Assembly: GCF_008831285.2 (NCBI RefSeq)
Contig: NC_045138.2
Location: 39,370,001-39,434,000 of the forward strand
From: Nymphaea colorata
Taxonomy: Eukaryota
Direction: 5' to 3'
DNA: 64,000 nucleotides
The stretch's first letter is position 1. Every line of letters starts with the position of its first letter. The notes beneath the pieces were generated by a model, which worked only from the letters and a program-made list of their open reading frames with translations, ran no database searches and was not told the origin of the DNA. Below, piece by piece: positions 13,176-24,653 of this stretch. A program made the position numbers and the translations under genes.

Positions 13176-13610
13176 TGACGTCAGCAATGCATGACGCGAG
13201 CGGGGTCATTGTTCCACGCGCATACGCGGAAGAAGGTTTGAAGATTCTTCGTCTCTTCTTCCTTCTTCCCCTGTGAAGAGATAGAGACCCAAAACTTCCA
13301 CTCTCTGACCACAGATGCCCCTCGGACGGTCAATCTGACCGGAGGCATCCTTATTAACGATCATCAGTCAAAACACACACACACAGTCTCTCTCCGCTCA
13401 GAAGGGCATAAAGATCATTTGTTCAGTAGCATCATTTTGGGTGGGAGAGAAGGGATTAAGAACGAGATTATGACCAAGTCAGTCGCCTTGCTGTGGAGTA
13501 TGACCAAAGACTGGTCTTGGCCAAAGAGTTTCTATGGTCAAAAGTCTTCCTTCTCTTCCCCTTCATTCAAACTTCATCCCCCCCCCCTGAGCCCCAAATA
13601 TATATACGCG
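13176..13610 (+). promoter_or_regulatory. WRKY promoter: TGACG pair, CGCG boxes, W-box cluster and TATA-like box
   Basis: TGACGTCA at 13176 and TGACG at 13192. W-boxes GGTCAA 13328, AGTCAA 13366, GGTCAA 13536, plus extra TGACC cores. Several ACGCG motifs. TATATATA at ~13599. Confidence 0.6.
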
Positions 13611-13953
13611 TCCCATTTTTCACCTTCGCCACACCACTCACAAGCTCTCCACTTGAGGAAGAGAAGAGAAAAGAACCCACCAGTCTCGGGGAAATCCTTC
13701 TGGCGCTCCAGGCCTTAGGAATTCCGGCGAATTCTACCCGAGGAACTCACCAGCAAATGAGTGGGAGGTGCTCGTTTTATGGCAGAATCAGTCCAGTGAA
13801 GGAGAGGAATTTCGGCGACTGCCAAGCTATCGACGATTGCTTAGTGTTTCAGCCGGGTTCTGCACTTGTTGTCAGGTAAACCCGGGGGAATCAAGCAATT
13901 TGAGGATTTTTTCGACTATTCCGCGGCAATTCGAGTTGTTGGGAGCGGGAGAA

Positions 13954-15924
13954 ATGGAGAACAGGGAACTGAGGAGGAGGGTGGACGAGGAGTTGGCTCG
14001 CGGGGAGGAGTGCATGAGGCGGCTGCAGAGGAGCATGGATGAGCAGGGGACGAGCAGGCCCGAGTTGAGGGACTTGCTGGCGAGGGATGTCTTGACATCA
14101 CTCGCAAACGTTCGCTGTCTCCTCAAATCCGAGGAGTCGTGGAGTGCGGAGCCGCCTCCTGTGGCGGCAGGGGTGACGGAGTCGCCGCGCTCGATTTGCA
14201 GCAGCCCGCTGGGCGATTTTTACGACAAGAATTCCGGCACGGTCTTTGGGGACCAGGAGCGCCGGGAAGTTCGCAAGAAGAGGTGGGTGCCATTGCTTTT
14301 GATCTAATTCTCCTCAAAATTCCGGTTCCTTGCGTTAGATTCTTTAACTAAAACTCCTTATTTTCTCACCAAATGGAATAAGTATCTCCAAATCCAAGAG
14401 TCTTTTCCCTTCACTCCTCCATCCTTGGTATTTTCCCTTTCTTTTTGACCTTTTCCCTCACTTTTCTCTATTTCTTTAGATCACCTAATTAATTACCTCA
14501 AAAAAAAAAAAATCCAACTCCAAAGTTCGAGCAATAGAACTTTGGGATGATGAGGTCAAATAATGTTCCTTATCTTTTTGTGGAGTCAACTGGACAAAAA
14601 CGGGATTTCACTTGCCTTGTCATGGACGTTGCTTCAAGGAAGCACCACCTAAAGTTTGGTAGTTTCAGGCCAACTTCGCCTCACCACCGTCCATCACGGC
14701 GGATCTGTGGCAGATCTCAGATGGATAAGGCGCACATTGTTCACATTCAATGGCGGTCCCAGCATGAGTCAAAATAAACAAAAAGGAGAGTTCTATCTCT
14801 CACGGGCACTCGAGATTTGCTGTTTAGGAAGAAATTGGGACTGTTACTCTTTTGACATCGTCTTAAGCAATAACGAAGCTTTCCAATGTCAAAATATCAA
14901 TAATTCGATATAGATTTTTCTTGCTTGGTTGGTCTTTAAGCGGATACACATGTGACTGGTTGCTTTCATATCACTAATCAGGTGTTTATCGTTTAATTGC
15001 TGCAGGAAGACGCTGCCCAAATGGACGGAGCAAGTGTGCATTAATGGGGAGACAGGGCCAGAGGGGCTGCTGGATGACGGGTATAGCTGGAGGAAGTATG
15101 GCCAGAAAGACATCCTTGGTGCTAAATACCCAAGGTAGTTTTCTGCTAGCCCTTTTCAACAAATTTATTTCGAAACCCTTTTCATAAAATCAATTACATG
15201 ATCGAAATATCTCGAAAACAGGATCTTAGATCACCTTACTTAAATGAAACGAATACAATTTTGCAAGAAAATTTATCATATTTTGGACTTTTTTTTTAAT
15301 GGGTAGCGGCTCATTTTTTGTGGATGCAGAGCGTACTATAGGTGTACACACAAGTACACTCAAGCATGTGAAGCGGCCAAGTTGGTCCAGAGATCTGATC
15401 AGAACCCATCGGTCTTTGACATCACCTACCGCGGCAAACACACCTGCAACCAATCGGTTCAGCCATTACCCCCCGCAGCGACCTTTCAAGAAACTCAGCA
15501 CCAGCAGCAACAGCCGCCTCTTGACCAGCTACAGTTCCAGCCACAGCTGCTGTTGAACTTCAAGTCTGAGCTCAAGGTCAAAACCGAGGGCCTCGATGCG
15601 GAGGCGAAGCCAACCTCGGAAGCAAGCTTCTCCTTCCCCCTGACGCCGGAAAACCAGCAAGAGCAGCAGCAACACTCGTTTGATCAGCTGATAAGCTCCG
15701 TGTCGCCTTCCTTTGTCTCTCCGGCCACAACCTCCGACTCCAACTACTACATCTTCCCCTGCGGCATGGAGAATCCCCACCTCCACGCCTCGGAATCTGA
15801 CCTCACCGACATCATATCGGCCGCGACGTCTGCAACCAACTCCCCCATCGTCGACTTAGACTTCCCCCTAGAATCCTTGGAGCTCTCTCACGATCTCTCC
15901 TTCGACGTCGGAGAGTACTTCTAG
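13954..15924 (+). CDS. WRKY: Group III WRKY transcription factor (WRKY30/41/53-like); exons 13954-14282, 15006-15134, 15330-15924; 350 aa
   Basis: DDGYSWRKYGQKDILGAKYPR|AYYRCTHKYTQACEAAKLVQRSDQNPSVFDITYRGKHTC gives WRKYGQK plus a C-X7-C-X23-H-X-C zinc finger (group III). C-terminal SPSFVSPATTSDSNYY and ESDLTDIISAATSATNSP motifs are typical of the WRKY41/53 clade. Two phase-2 GT-AG introns; total 1053 nt. Confidence 0.95.
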
Positions 15925-16602
15925 TCTGATCAGATGGAAAGAAATTAAGCCGTTTCTTTTCGCTTAAATGGAAATCCAGTGAACTGAATCCCCCTTTTGG
16001 CACCGCCGTTTTAGTTTTCTGTTGAGGTCTAGTTCGTAGGGACGCTCGAATCCTCGATCTTTGGTCTGTTAATGGTGCTGCAGAGTACTGTAACCCGAAT
16101 AGGCTGAAACACCCGCCCTAGTAGATGTACAGTAGTAGATCTGTGTTCCCGTAGCAGAAATAAATTCCTGAAAAATGAGTTCATCCCTTGTCCGGTTTTT
16201 CTTACATTTAATGTTTAAATGTAAACTGCAGTTTGCTTTTCTATAGAACTGAAGATAAGACTTCATGTTGACTTGCTCGCTCACCTTATTATGACCTTCA
16301 GAATCCGGTGCATTAACTGAAGGAAAGCGCTGCAAGTTTCAGAGTCGGCCGCCATTAATTTGAGGTGGGCTTCTAATTAATTAAACATGTACCGCGCCAC
16401 TCAAGGCTGAAGCGCAATCTTCATCACAGTAAATGAACAGAAAAATCTTCCACTGAAATCCTTTCATTTTGCAATTGGTGATCGTCACCCTTACTGGAAG
16501 AGCAAAAAGCCCCCAAGATTAGGGGCGTACGTTGACGTTTGAAGCCACTAGTACATGAACAAAATGTCCGGCTTTATGTTGTCAGACCATTAGAATCCCT
16601 CT

Positions 16603-16755
16603 GGGGCGTTTGGTATTAGAAATAACATGAGAGTGTGTGATGATTCTAATTCAAAATCAGGGGTAGATTGATGGCACATTTGTTCATGAATCTACTCATA
16701 TTTTTTGATAGATTTATGAAGCATTTGCACCTTGTTCGTAATGCCAAACAACCTC
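16603..16755. mobile_element. Tourist/PIF-Harbinger-like MITE
   Basis: Imperfect terminal inverted repeats GGGGCGTTTGGTATTA ... TAATGCCAAACAACCT, ~150 bp AT-rich interior. Confidence 0.55.
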
Positions 16756-19700
16756 TCAACATTCAGAAAATGCACCAACTTGATATTGGATATCTACTCG
16801 AAATTGAAATTAGTCAGCTTGATTACATCATGAGCCACTACGACTGTATGAGTAGAGCCTTAATATTGTCGCCCGGATTTGGTTGGTCATAGAGAGTTTG
16901 ATCCTGGTTTAGGATGAATGCTTGCGGCAGGCAAAGAGGTCTAAACTCAAGATGAAGCTACACTGGTTAGGTTCTCTACGCATGCCCGGTCTGGTGAAAG
17001 AGGTGCGTCCTGTGGATATTGAACCGTTGACCTCCTCCAACCAAGTTGAGGGTCCTCAAGCCCGATCTTGGATTGACTACTGTGCGCTCACATACTGCAA
17101 AAAGCTGGAGATTTCAGTGGAAAACATTAGAAAGAGCGTAGAGCCGGTTTTTTGGACCACAAGCTCAGGTGTTCTCACTGTCCAATGAGTCTTCTTCTTC
17201 TTCACTACTATGCAGAAACACATGCATGACAAACAATTTCGTACACAGAATTGTCCCAGAGCGAATCGGGCCAAAGCAAAGATTAGTGATCAACTGAAAT
17301 GTGAGCAGATGAATTCAATCGCGTCTAATGATAGACAGGCTAGCGCAGGGAGCAAGATTGAAAGAAGCAGCCATGTTTGGTATCAGGGCCCCAAGTAGTG
17401 CTGCAACTGCCGGTCGATATCTATCTATCTGTAAAGGCCAAGAGGTCCTAACCGGCAGGCACTGTGTGTTCGAGGTGGTTTCCTTCTCGGTTTGGCGTGA
17501 TTCGCACGGGAAAGGAAAAGGCAGACTATCGAAGACGACCCCATCTTGTAAATCTCAACTTTGAGCAGATGAAAATCATAAAGCTTCTTGACAGAGATTT
17601 AATAATATTGAATGCAACTGTCGTGGAGGGATCCATCTGCCTGATTGGTCAACTTAAAGTTACACAAAACAAAATTGTTGAAGGCTGCTTATTTTATGAT
17701 AATATAATAAAAAAGGGTGGAGATAGAGAGAGAGAGAGGCTTCGTGTGACAACTTTTAATCAACCCACGTAATAAGAACATCAAATAAGGTTAGCATAAT
17801 TTGGCGGTACACAAAGAGTAGTGTGTAATTGTCACTTGCCTTGAGCCAATATCATCTGAACCTGCCGATTCCAAACTGGTCCGTGGCTGGCGAAGTCCAG
17901 AGTGCCATATGTGGTTCTTTAATTTTTTTTTTTTATAAATTTTTATAAGTAACTCTATTTTGTTTTTTTATAAAAATAATGCCTATTGACAACTGCCTTA
18001 TTGTGCTGAATCGATCAGCCGATTTGTTTCTACAATCAGTTCTCTAGAAACAATGAGTTGAGCAAGATTAGGTGTAGCTCAAAGTTGGAGGAGAGTTGGA
18101 TACTCAATTTAATAGGCTTTCTTATTTAAAATCACGGGTGCATTTGACAAGTTCATATTTAAAATCATCAGAATTTGGAAGCCGCGGATTCCCCTCTAAT
18201 CTTAAATCTGAATTTTTATTTTTCTTTCAATTTTAAAAAGTAAAAAAAGAAGAGGAAATGGTTATGGTGGTGCATATTTTGAAGGGAGAAGAAACGCAGA
18301 AGCCATGAGTTTCACCATCGCTTTTATGACCCCGTCCTTCGCTCGCCCCCTCTCTTGTTTCCTCATCTCCCGTTATCTAAAAAGTAGCACAAACAAACAT
18401 AATCTTGTTCCCTTTAGCGTGGGCCCCACCCCTTCCCCACGCATTGGCCGAGTCAATTGCTAGCTGACACGCCGGATGTCGTGTGGATAATGCGATGGAC
18501 TTTGATATCATTATTATTGGATGGCTCGTTTGTTCTGCTGAATCGATTCGGGATCCTTTAAAAAATATTTAAAACATCATTTAAAATTAAAAGGGAAAAT
18601 ATCATATATATATATATATATATAATAATATATAAAACATAACAAAATAAATCCTTTTGCCACCTTTTCGATTTGAAGCAGCGTTGATAAGGAAATCAAT
18701 AAGAGCCTAGATTAGATCTGACTTTTAAAGATTGTTTCGTAAACAAAACACTTTGTGAGGGTTTTTTGAATTTATCTTTAGATTCACTTAATTCTAGCGT
18801 TTCTACCTCAATTAGACGGATTTAAGTTTGAAAAAACTGACTCAAGTCAACCAAACGGAGCCCGATTTGGGTCGATATGTTTTCTAATATTATTTTTATT
18901 TTAATAAGAATGTATATTTTATTATTAAAAGTATATTTTACATTAAATTTTTTTATTTTATATTTAAAAATATATTTCTTTTATTTTAACCAGACCAGCT
19001 CGACTAAGCCCAAGCTTGAGTTTTGGGTTTTGGGTGTCGAACTATGGATCGGGCCAACCCAATGCCCATACCTAGCCTCAAATTTTAAAATATATTCAAT
19101 CTTTGAGGTAGATTCGTGCGACACTCACATGGTATTTCAACTTCCAAACAGCCACTTAGGTTACCGATCCAGCCCTATGAACTCCCAGCCTTAAACCAGC
19201 TTGGCTTTATGTGATTTATTAATTTCATTATATCTTTAGTTGTTTGGTTGAGCTTGATAATCCGGTCGCGCAGTGCAGATATGATGGTGGTCAACAATGA
19301 TTGCCCAGTTCGCAAAGTCTAGAACTCTGGCTTGTGGTCTACCGCTTGTTTTCTGAAATTCGTGAAGCGATAAGAGAGCAAGAAGAGGTCATCGGACCTG
19401 AAACTTTGAATTCTTTGGCTGAACGTTTAGTTAATGGGTCATTGTTTAAGACCAAAGAAAAAAGGAAAACATCCAGAAGTTACATCAGAAAAAGGAAGAG
19501 TAGAATTTTATGCCATACACGAAGGCAATTCTACTCTTGCAATAGAAAAAAGAAAACAAGTTTGGTTTTTTGCTGCATAAAGCCATAAACAAAAGGTTTC
19601 GTGCTTTGACGTTGTTTTTTTGGGCAGAACTGATATTTTAACTATTGTTTGCACTGTTCTAAAAGTACTTTTCCTCTGTAGAAGAGAAGAACAGACGCCA

Positions 19701-20745
19701 TCCGGTGGTTGACTTTAACAAACAAGGCAATTAGAAGAGCAAACACTCTGGATTTAGACAGCGTTATCGTGATCATTTTTTTAGAGGAGAAGAAGAAATA
19801 AGGGCTGCCAAGTTCTCGAAACGACAAGATTTTCTGGTATACTTTTTTGTTGTTATCCTGTTTCTAGTTCCAGTTCGATTGAAATACGGGTTCTTTCTTC
19901 TACTGTAGCGTTGTTTCTGAAGTAGGTCTTCTTTTCTCCTTGTTTATTAAGAAGGCCAGAGAAGAACACGACGAGAAGCTGCCATTTCATTCCCAAGTTT
20001 GACCTTATGGAATATGTACATCGTCAGTCACGCGGTAGCTCACTATGAGATGCTCGCATTTCCATGATTTTAAGCATGACTTAGAAAAAAAAAAAAGAAA
20101 CCCTCTGAAAACTCACCTAGTGCTGTGCAATTTGTGTTGAAAACTACACGCATCAAGAAAGATTATGACATTGTTATCATAGGAAATGAGGTTTCATTCA
20201 TTGGTTGGATTTCTCCCTTCCCTTTACCCTGGGGTAGAAATTTGATTAAATGGCAATAACTGTCATAGTGGATGAAAGCCAAGCAAAAGAACAATAGAAC
20301 AATAGATGAGGCTACGGCTTGTTTAAGTCCAACAGATCGAAAATGAACACATGGCCTCGAAGAGGGAGTTGAGCAAGCACAACCTCATTCTTACATTTAA
20401 TGAGGTTTTCGATGGCAGCACAGAGTAATCTTTTCACTGGGTCCTTTTCAACATCTGTAAGGGGATAAGATGGTCCCAAACAAGTTAAAACTGATTTGCT
20501 TTTGATGGCGATTATAATAATGATAAACAGGTTTCTGGTATTAGTTTCTCCTGTTAACCTCATACTAAACAAACTAGCCACAAATGGGGGAGAGATCCAA
20601 CAAGAAGATTGATATACAACCTCATTTAAATTCAATATAACGGTGTTGTAAACAAATATTTCCAGATTTACCTCACGGCCAACACAAGAACTTTTCAGAA
20701 TTTGAAGTGAGCATGAGCAAAAGCATAAGCAGAGTTAGTTACATA

Positions 20746-23118
20746 CTAGGCTGAGGTTTGCTTCTCTTCAGCTTTTGAACTGGCTTTTGATGCTTCTTCT
20801 CCTGTTTCTCTTCTGAACTTCCTTAATGCTTCTCTCAGTCCAATCACAACGAACAAATTTGTCAGGGTTAACAAAAATTCAGCACCGCCATGTAGCCAAT
20901 CAACATTTGACAAGGAGGTTCCATAGTTGATTTTAGCTGTTTGAAAAAGTACTCTTGGTTACAATGCAAAGCTTCTAGAGAACCATTAATAAAGAATGAA
21001 GATAAGACAGTAAAATACATTACCATAAATACCAGCTGGAACTGTTCCATTAATGCGACCAGAAAACATGCAAGAAGAAAGAAAAGCATGGATATTAGAC
21101 TGAGCTGTATGAAACATTCAAAAGGAAGGCCTTTTCAATGGCTACGGTAAAATGCAGAAGTAGATTTGCAACAAAATTCCCTTCTAACAGCTACACAGTA
21201 TCCTAATTGACTCATACATGAACCAAGGATTATATCCTTTCCAAGTGAAATACAAGATTCGATCATCCTGTATTATAAATCTTGTATGTGTCCATACAGC
21301 ATAGAGTTTTGCATTTTGTAGTCCACTTACAGCATGCAGCAAAAACAGCGAGATAGATAAGAGGCTTATGTAGTCCACTTGTAGCATGCAGCAACATAAG
21401 ATATCATGTTCCTACATGCATGCTCAAGTTTGTGTATGCATCAATAAGTTTTCTTCACTCGCTACAAATATACCATCAGTAAGTTTCAAAAAGAAAATTT
21501 GCTTCATTTGAGGTGTGGTAGTAGACAAGTCCCTACCATTCGATTATTTGCAAAATTGGAGTCGCAGCTTCAGATATCTTGGGCATATAAAAACCTGAGA
21601 GAAAAATTAAAAACTAAAGTCGCACTTGAATCTTGGCACCTTAGCCGATGGATATGAATTAAAACTCCATACTTAAACAACTAAGAAATCAATAAAGGAA
21701 ACCAGTTTTCAGAAAAATCGCCTGAAAATAAAAAATACTACAAAAAAAAGACCACTTCCAATAAAAAGGACAAAGTGCAAGGCAAATGATCACTGGACAC
21801 GCAATTGAAAATGCATTAATAACTGCGAAGTTACTCATGTCTATAGATTTACATCATATTTTACTGTGTTGAATAGTTCAGGTAACACGACATTATTCCG
21901 TCCAAGTCCGACTATCACTACTAAACTGCACCAGAAAAATGCAGGGTATTGTCCATCAACAGACCGGTGTACTGACGCTACCATTTTGCCCTGAAAATCC
22001 AAAGCCTTGTACAAAAGTAATGTGTTAAAAGTCCTTACGTTCTCTATATCTTTCAAGTTTCAGGCATATAAAGCAACAGCAGCACACTTCTTCACTCAGA
22101 CTCAACATATTAGACTGGTCTATTGCCAATATGATTCGAGGAGCGCACCTGATTCTAAACAAAAAGCAACAAGAATACCAACTTATGTATGCCTGCACAT
22201 GTCTGGGCAAAAAGCAAACAGCTAGTTGATAACTACATCCTAACTAATTGGACGGCAGTTGACAAGATAAAGAACATAACATACACTCACAAATGAAACA
22301 TCAGTTATATATTTTCTTGAATCTATGGCATAAATTCAAAATATACGAATTTCACTTTTATCAACTCCTGCGGCAAGTATCTGCAGCTTCCCTGAGAAAA
22401 AAGAGAAAATACGGGCAAAAGGAGCCTGATAATAACGGGGAAAAAAACAATGATGTACATTCTACTACAAGAAAAATTCTTATATTGATGGGAGAAGACA
22501 AACGAAATCACCACCATTGAGCAGACAAATGTTTCGGCACGGTGTACCCTCTAAAAGAGAGTATAAAAAACCAAAAATGCGAAAATAAGCATGTATCCTC
22601 TGATCAACATACGAATAGTTTTCTTTCTCGCACGAAATTACATAATCTCTTCATCTTCGTTTCAAAGATAAGCACCGATATAAAGGAACGGAACAAACGC
22701 CAAAAGCGGAAAAAAATATTATGACCACAACATTAGCAATAACACAAAAAAGAGAAGCCAAAACTCAGAGATGCTTACTCGTAGCACCAACAAACGCAAG
22801 CAAGAAGTAGAAGCCAAAGAGCGTGAGCTTCGGAGAAGTTTCCGACTTGGTGATGAAATAAAGGAACCCAAGATAGGGGAAAAGAGAGGCAGCAAAGAGT
22901 TGGGAAGCGATGCTCTGGGAATCAACCGTTGGTGCCCATGGGTCGACGGGCAGAAGCCCACTGATGATTCCTTTCTTACCCGACCAAGACTTCAATCGTT
23001 TGGGCCTCCTTGCCACAAGAAGACTCACAAAGGGATTTCTCCGGGAAGGCAGCAAGCCGGGGGCCCCGGTCGGCGTGGGAGGGAGAACCCACAAGGGGAT
23101 TGCCGCCGTGGTCAGCAT
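20746..23118 (-). CDS. DUF3593-type small chloroplast membrane protein; exons (minus) 23118-22779, 21041-21024 (18-nt microexon), 20936-20746; 182 aa
   Basis: Transit-peptide-like N-terminus, then QLFAASLFPYLGFLYFITKS...FGFYFLLAFVGAT|IPAGIY|AKINYGTSLSNVDWLHGGAEFLLTLTNLFVVIGLREAL, with the LHG motif of this plant/cyanobacterial family. GT-AG introns; 340+18+191 = 549 nt, ending in TAG. Family name is from recall. Confidence 0.88.
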
Positions 23119-24653
23119 CGTTGCCTATATCCCAAAACTAACTTGGCGGTCTCCCAGCGTGCCTTATGTGCAGTAGCTTGTCACCGCGCCATTGGGAAAA
23201 AGGACAAATCCCTTTGAGCAAAACCCGCAGGGAGTGTTTCTTATCCCCCTCATTTCATCGTTTTCGAGATTAATACTCGTTCTCATTTCTATCATCACGT
23301 TTCCCACCATGTCTCCTTCTTGCGTGTTTTCCTTTTCTTAATTAACCAGCATCGCTACCATTTATCACTTCAGAGACATCCGTTAAAATTGGGAAGGTAC
23401 TATCGTTTATTGTTGTACGCTAACTTCTACTTCTTTCCGCTCGCATCTGGTAAAGTCGGGTACTCACCGAGCATTTCTTTCTTGTTTTACTTGAACGGTT
23501 GGCTAACCAGGAAGAATAAAATATCGATGATGTATGACGGGAACTAATTGTCATTAATTGCTAATCAGTGATCTATTTCAGAGAGAGATTAACTCATTCG
23601 AGCTCATTCCAATCAGAAAATTAATCGCCGACTCTTAATTTCAGTTTCTAACTTTCCAAAACTCATCACTTAAAATGTAATCTAAAGATTGTCATATGCA
23701 ACCATGTTATCAATCTCTAATCGCATCCAAGCGTATAGGGCCTACATGTATCAAAGCGGGCATAAGGCAAATACTGGCTGTCATTTTTCCAAAATGTTTA
23801 GTTTAATACAATTTAGAATATTTTAAACTAATTTTTGAATTCATGGAATCAAAAGAAGGCAAGAGTCACCGATAAGGCGCCGACACCATGTCTTGCGACA
23901 TTCATATGCAAAATATCCCAAAAAGTAGGAATACGTCTTCCTTTCCGATGAATGCTGTCGGCAAGGAAGAACTTGCTTTCGGTTGGTTTTTATTGGCATT
24001 AATTTTAGAGAAGAGTTTCAACTTTCAAGTGTAGGATGTACCCATTCACTCATGCTTGACAGAGACTACAGGTTTTTCTTATAATCAACTGCAAGTAACG
24101 ACTTGGCTGGACCGTCATCAGACATCCCATTTCATAAACCATAGCACAAAAATAAATTTCAAAATATTGCAAATAATACTGAGGAAGTACTTTTTATTTC
24201 ATCACATCACGGTCAAAAGATTATGTTCTGAGGCATGCAGTAAAGGCAAGACATTTTACAAACCACGTTTCAACAAAATGTAAATCCGTCGGTATTTTGA
24301 TTTTCTCATAGACTACAGATAATCAAAATTGAATCCGCGTATACTAAACCTTTTCATAGGTAACAGATAGTCAAAATATAAATCCATGAATACATTAATT
24401 TTTTTACAGGTTACCACCTCTGAAGAAAGCATACATTTGATAAAACCGATGTCATCCAGCATTTGAGAAACTCTGGAAACCACCAATCTGCTCTCACACA
24501 TGTACTTGAACTTGATCAAGTTGGAAGGCATATCACCATGCATGGTTGAAGGTAGATAGCACAAGTGATTAAAAAAACAGCTTCATGTCCTCAAAGGAAA
24601 CCTATTATCTCCGAACCAGGCATAATGTCATATGTAACTTCATTTTTGTTTCC

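Noticed and set aside
13768..13953. 62-aa N-terminal extension of the WRKY ORF
   Set aside because: Starts at GTG, not ATG; the WRKY-like N-terminus begins at ATG 13954.
17378..17390. TGGTATCAGGGCC, near-match to an iMet primer-binding site
   Set aside because: No adjacent LTR end, second LTR or gag-like ORF is visible.
19301..19588. 95-aa ORF with a helical-looking segment
   Set aside because: Non-ATG start, no recognisable domain or supporting exon structure.
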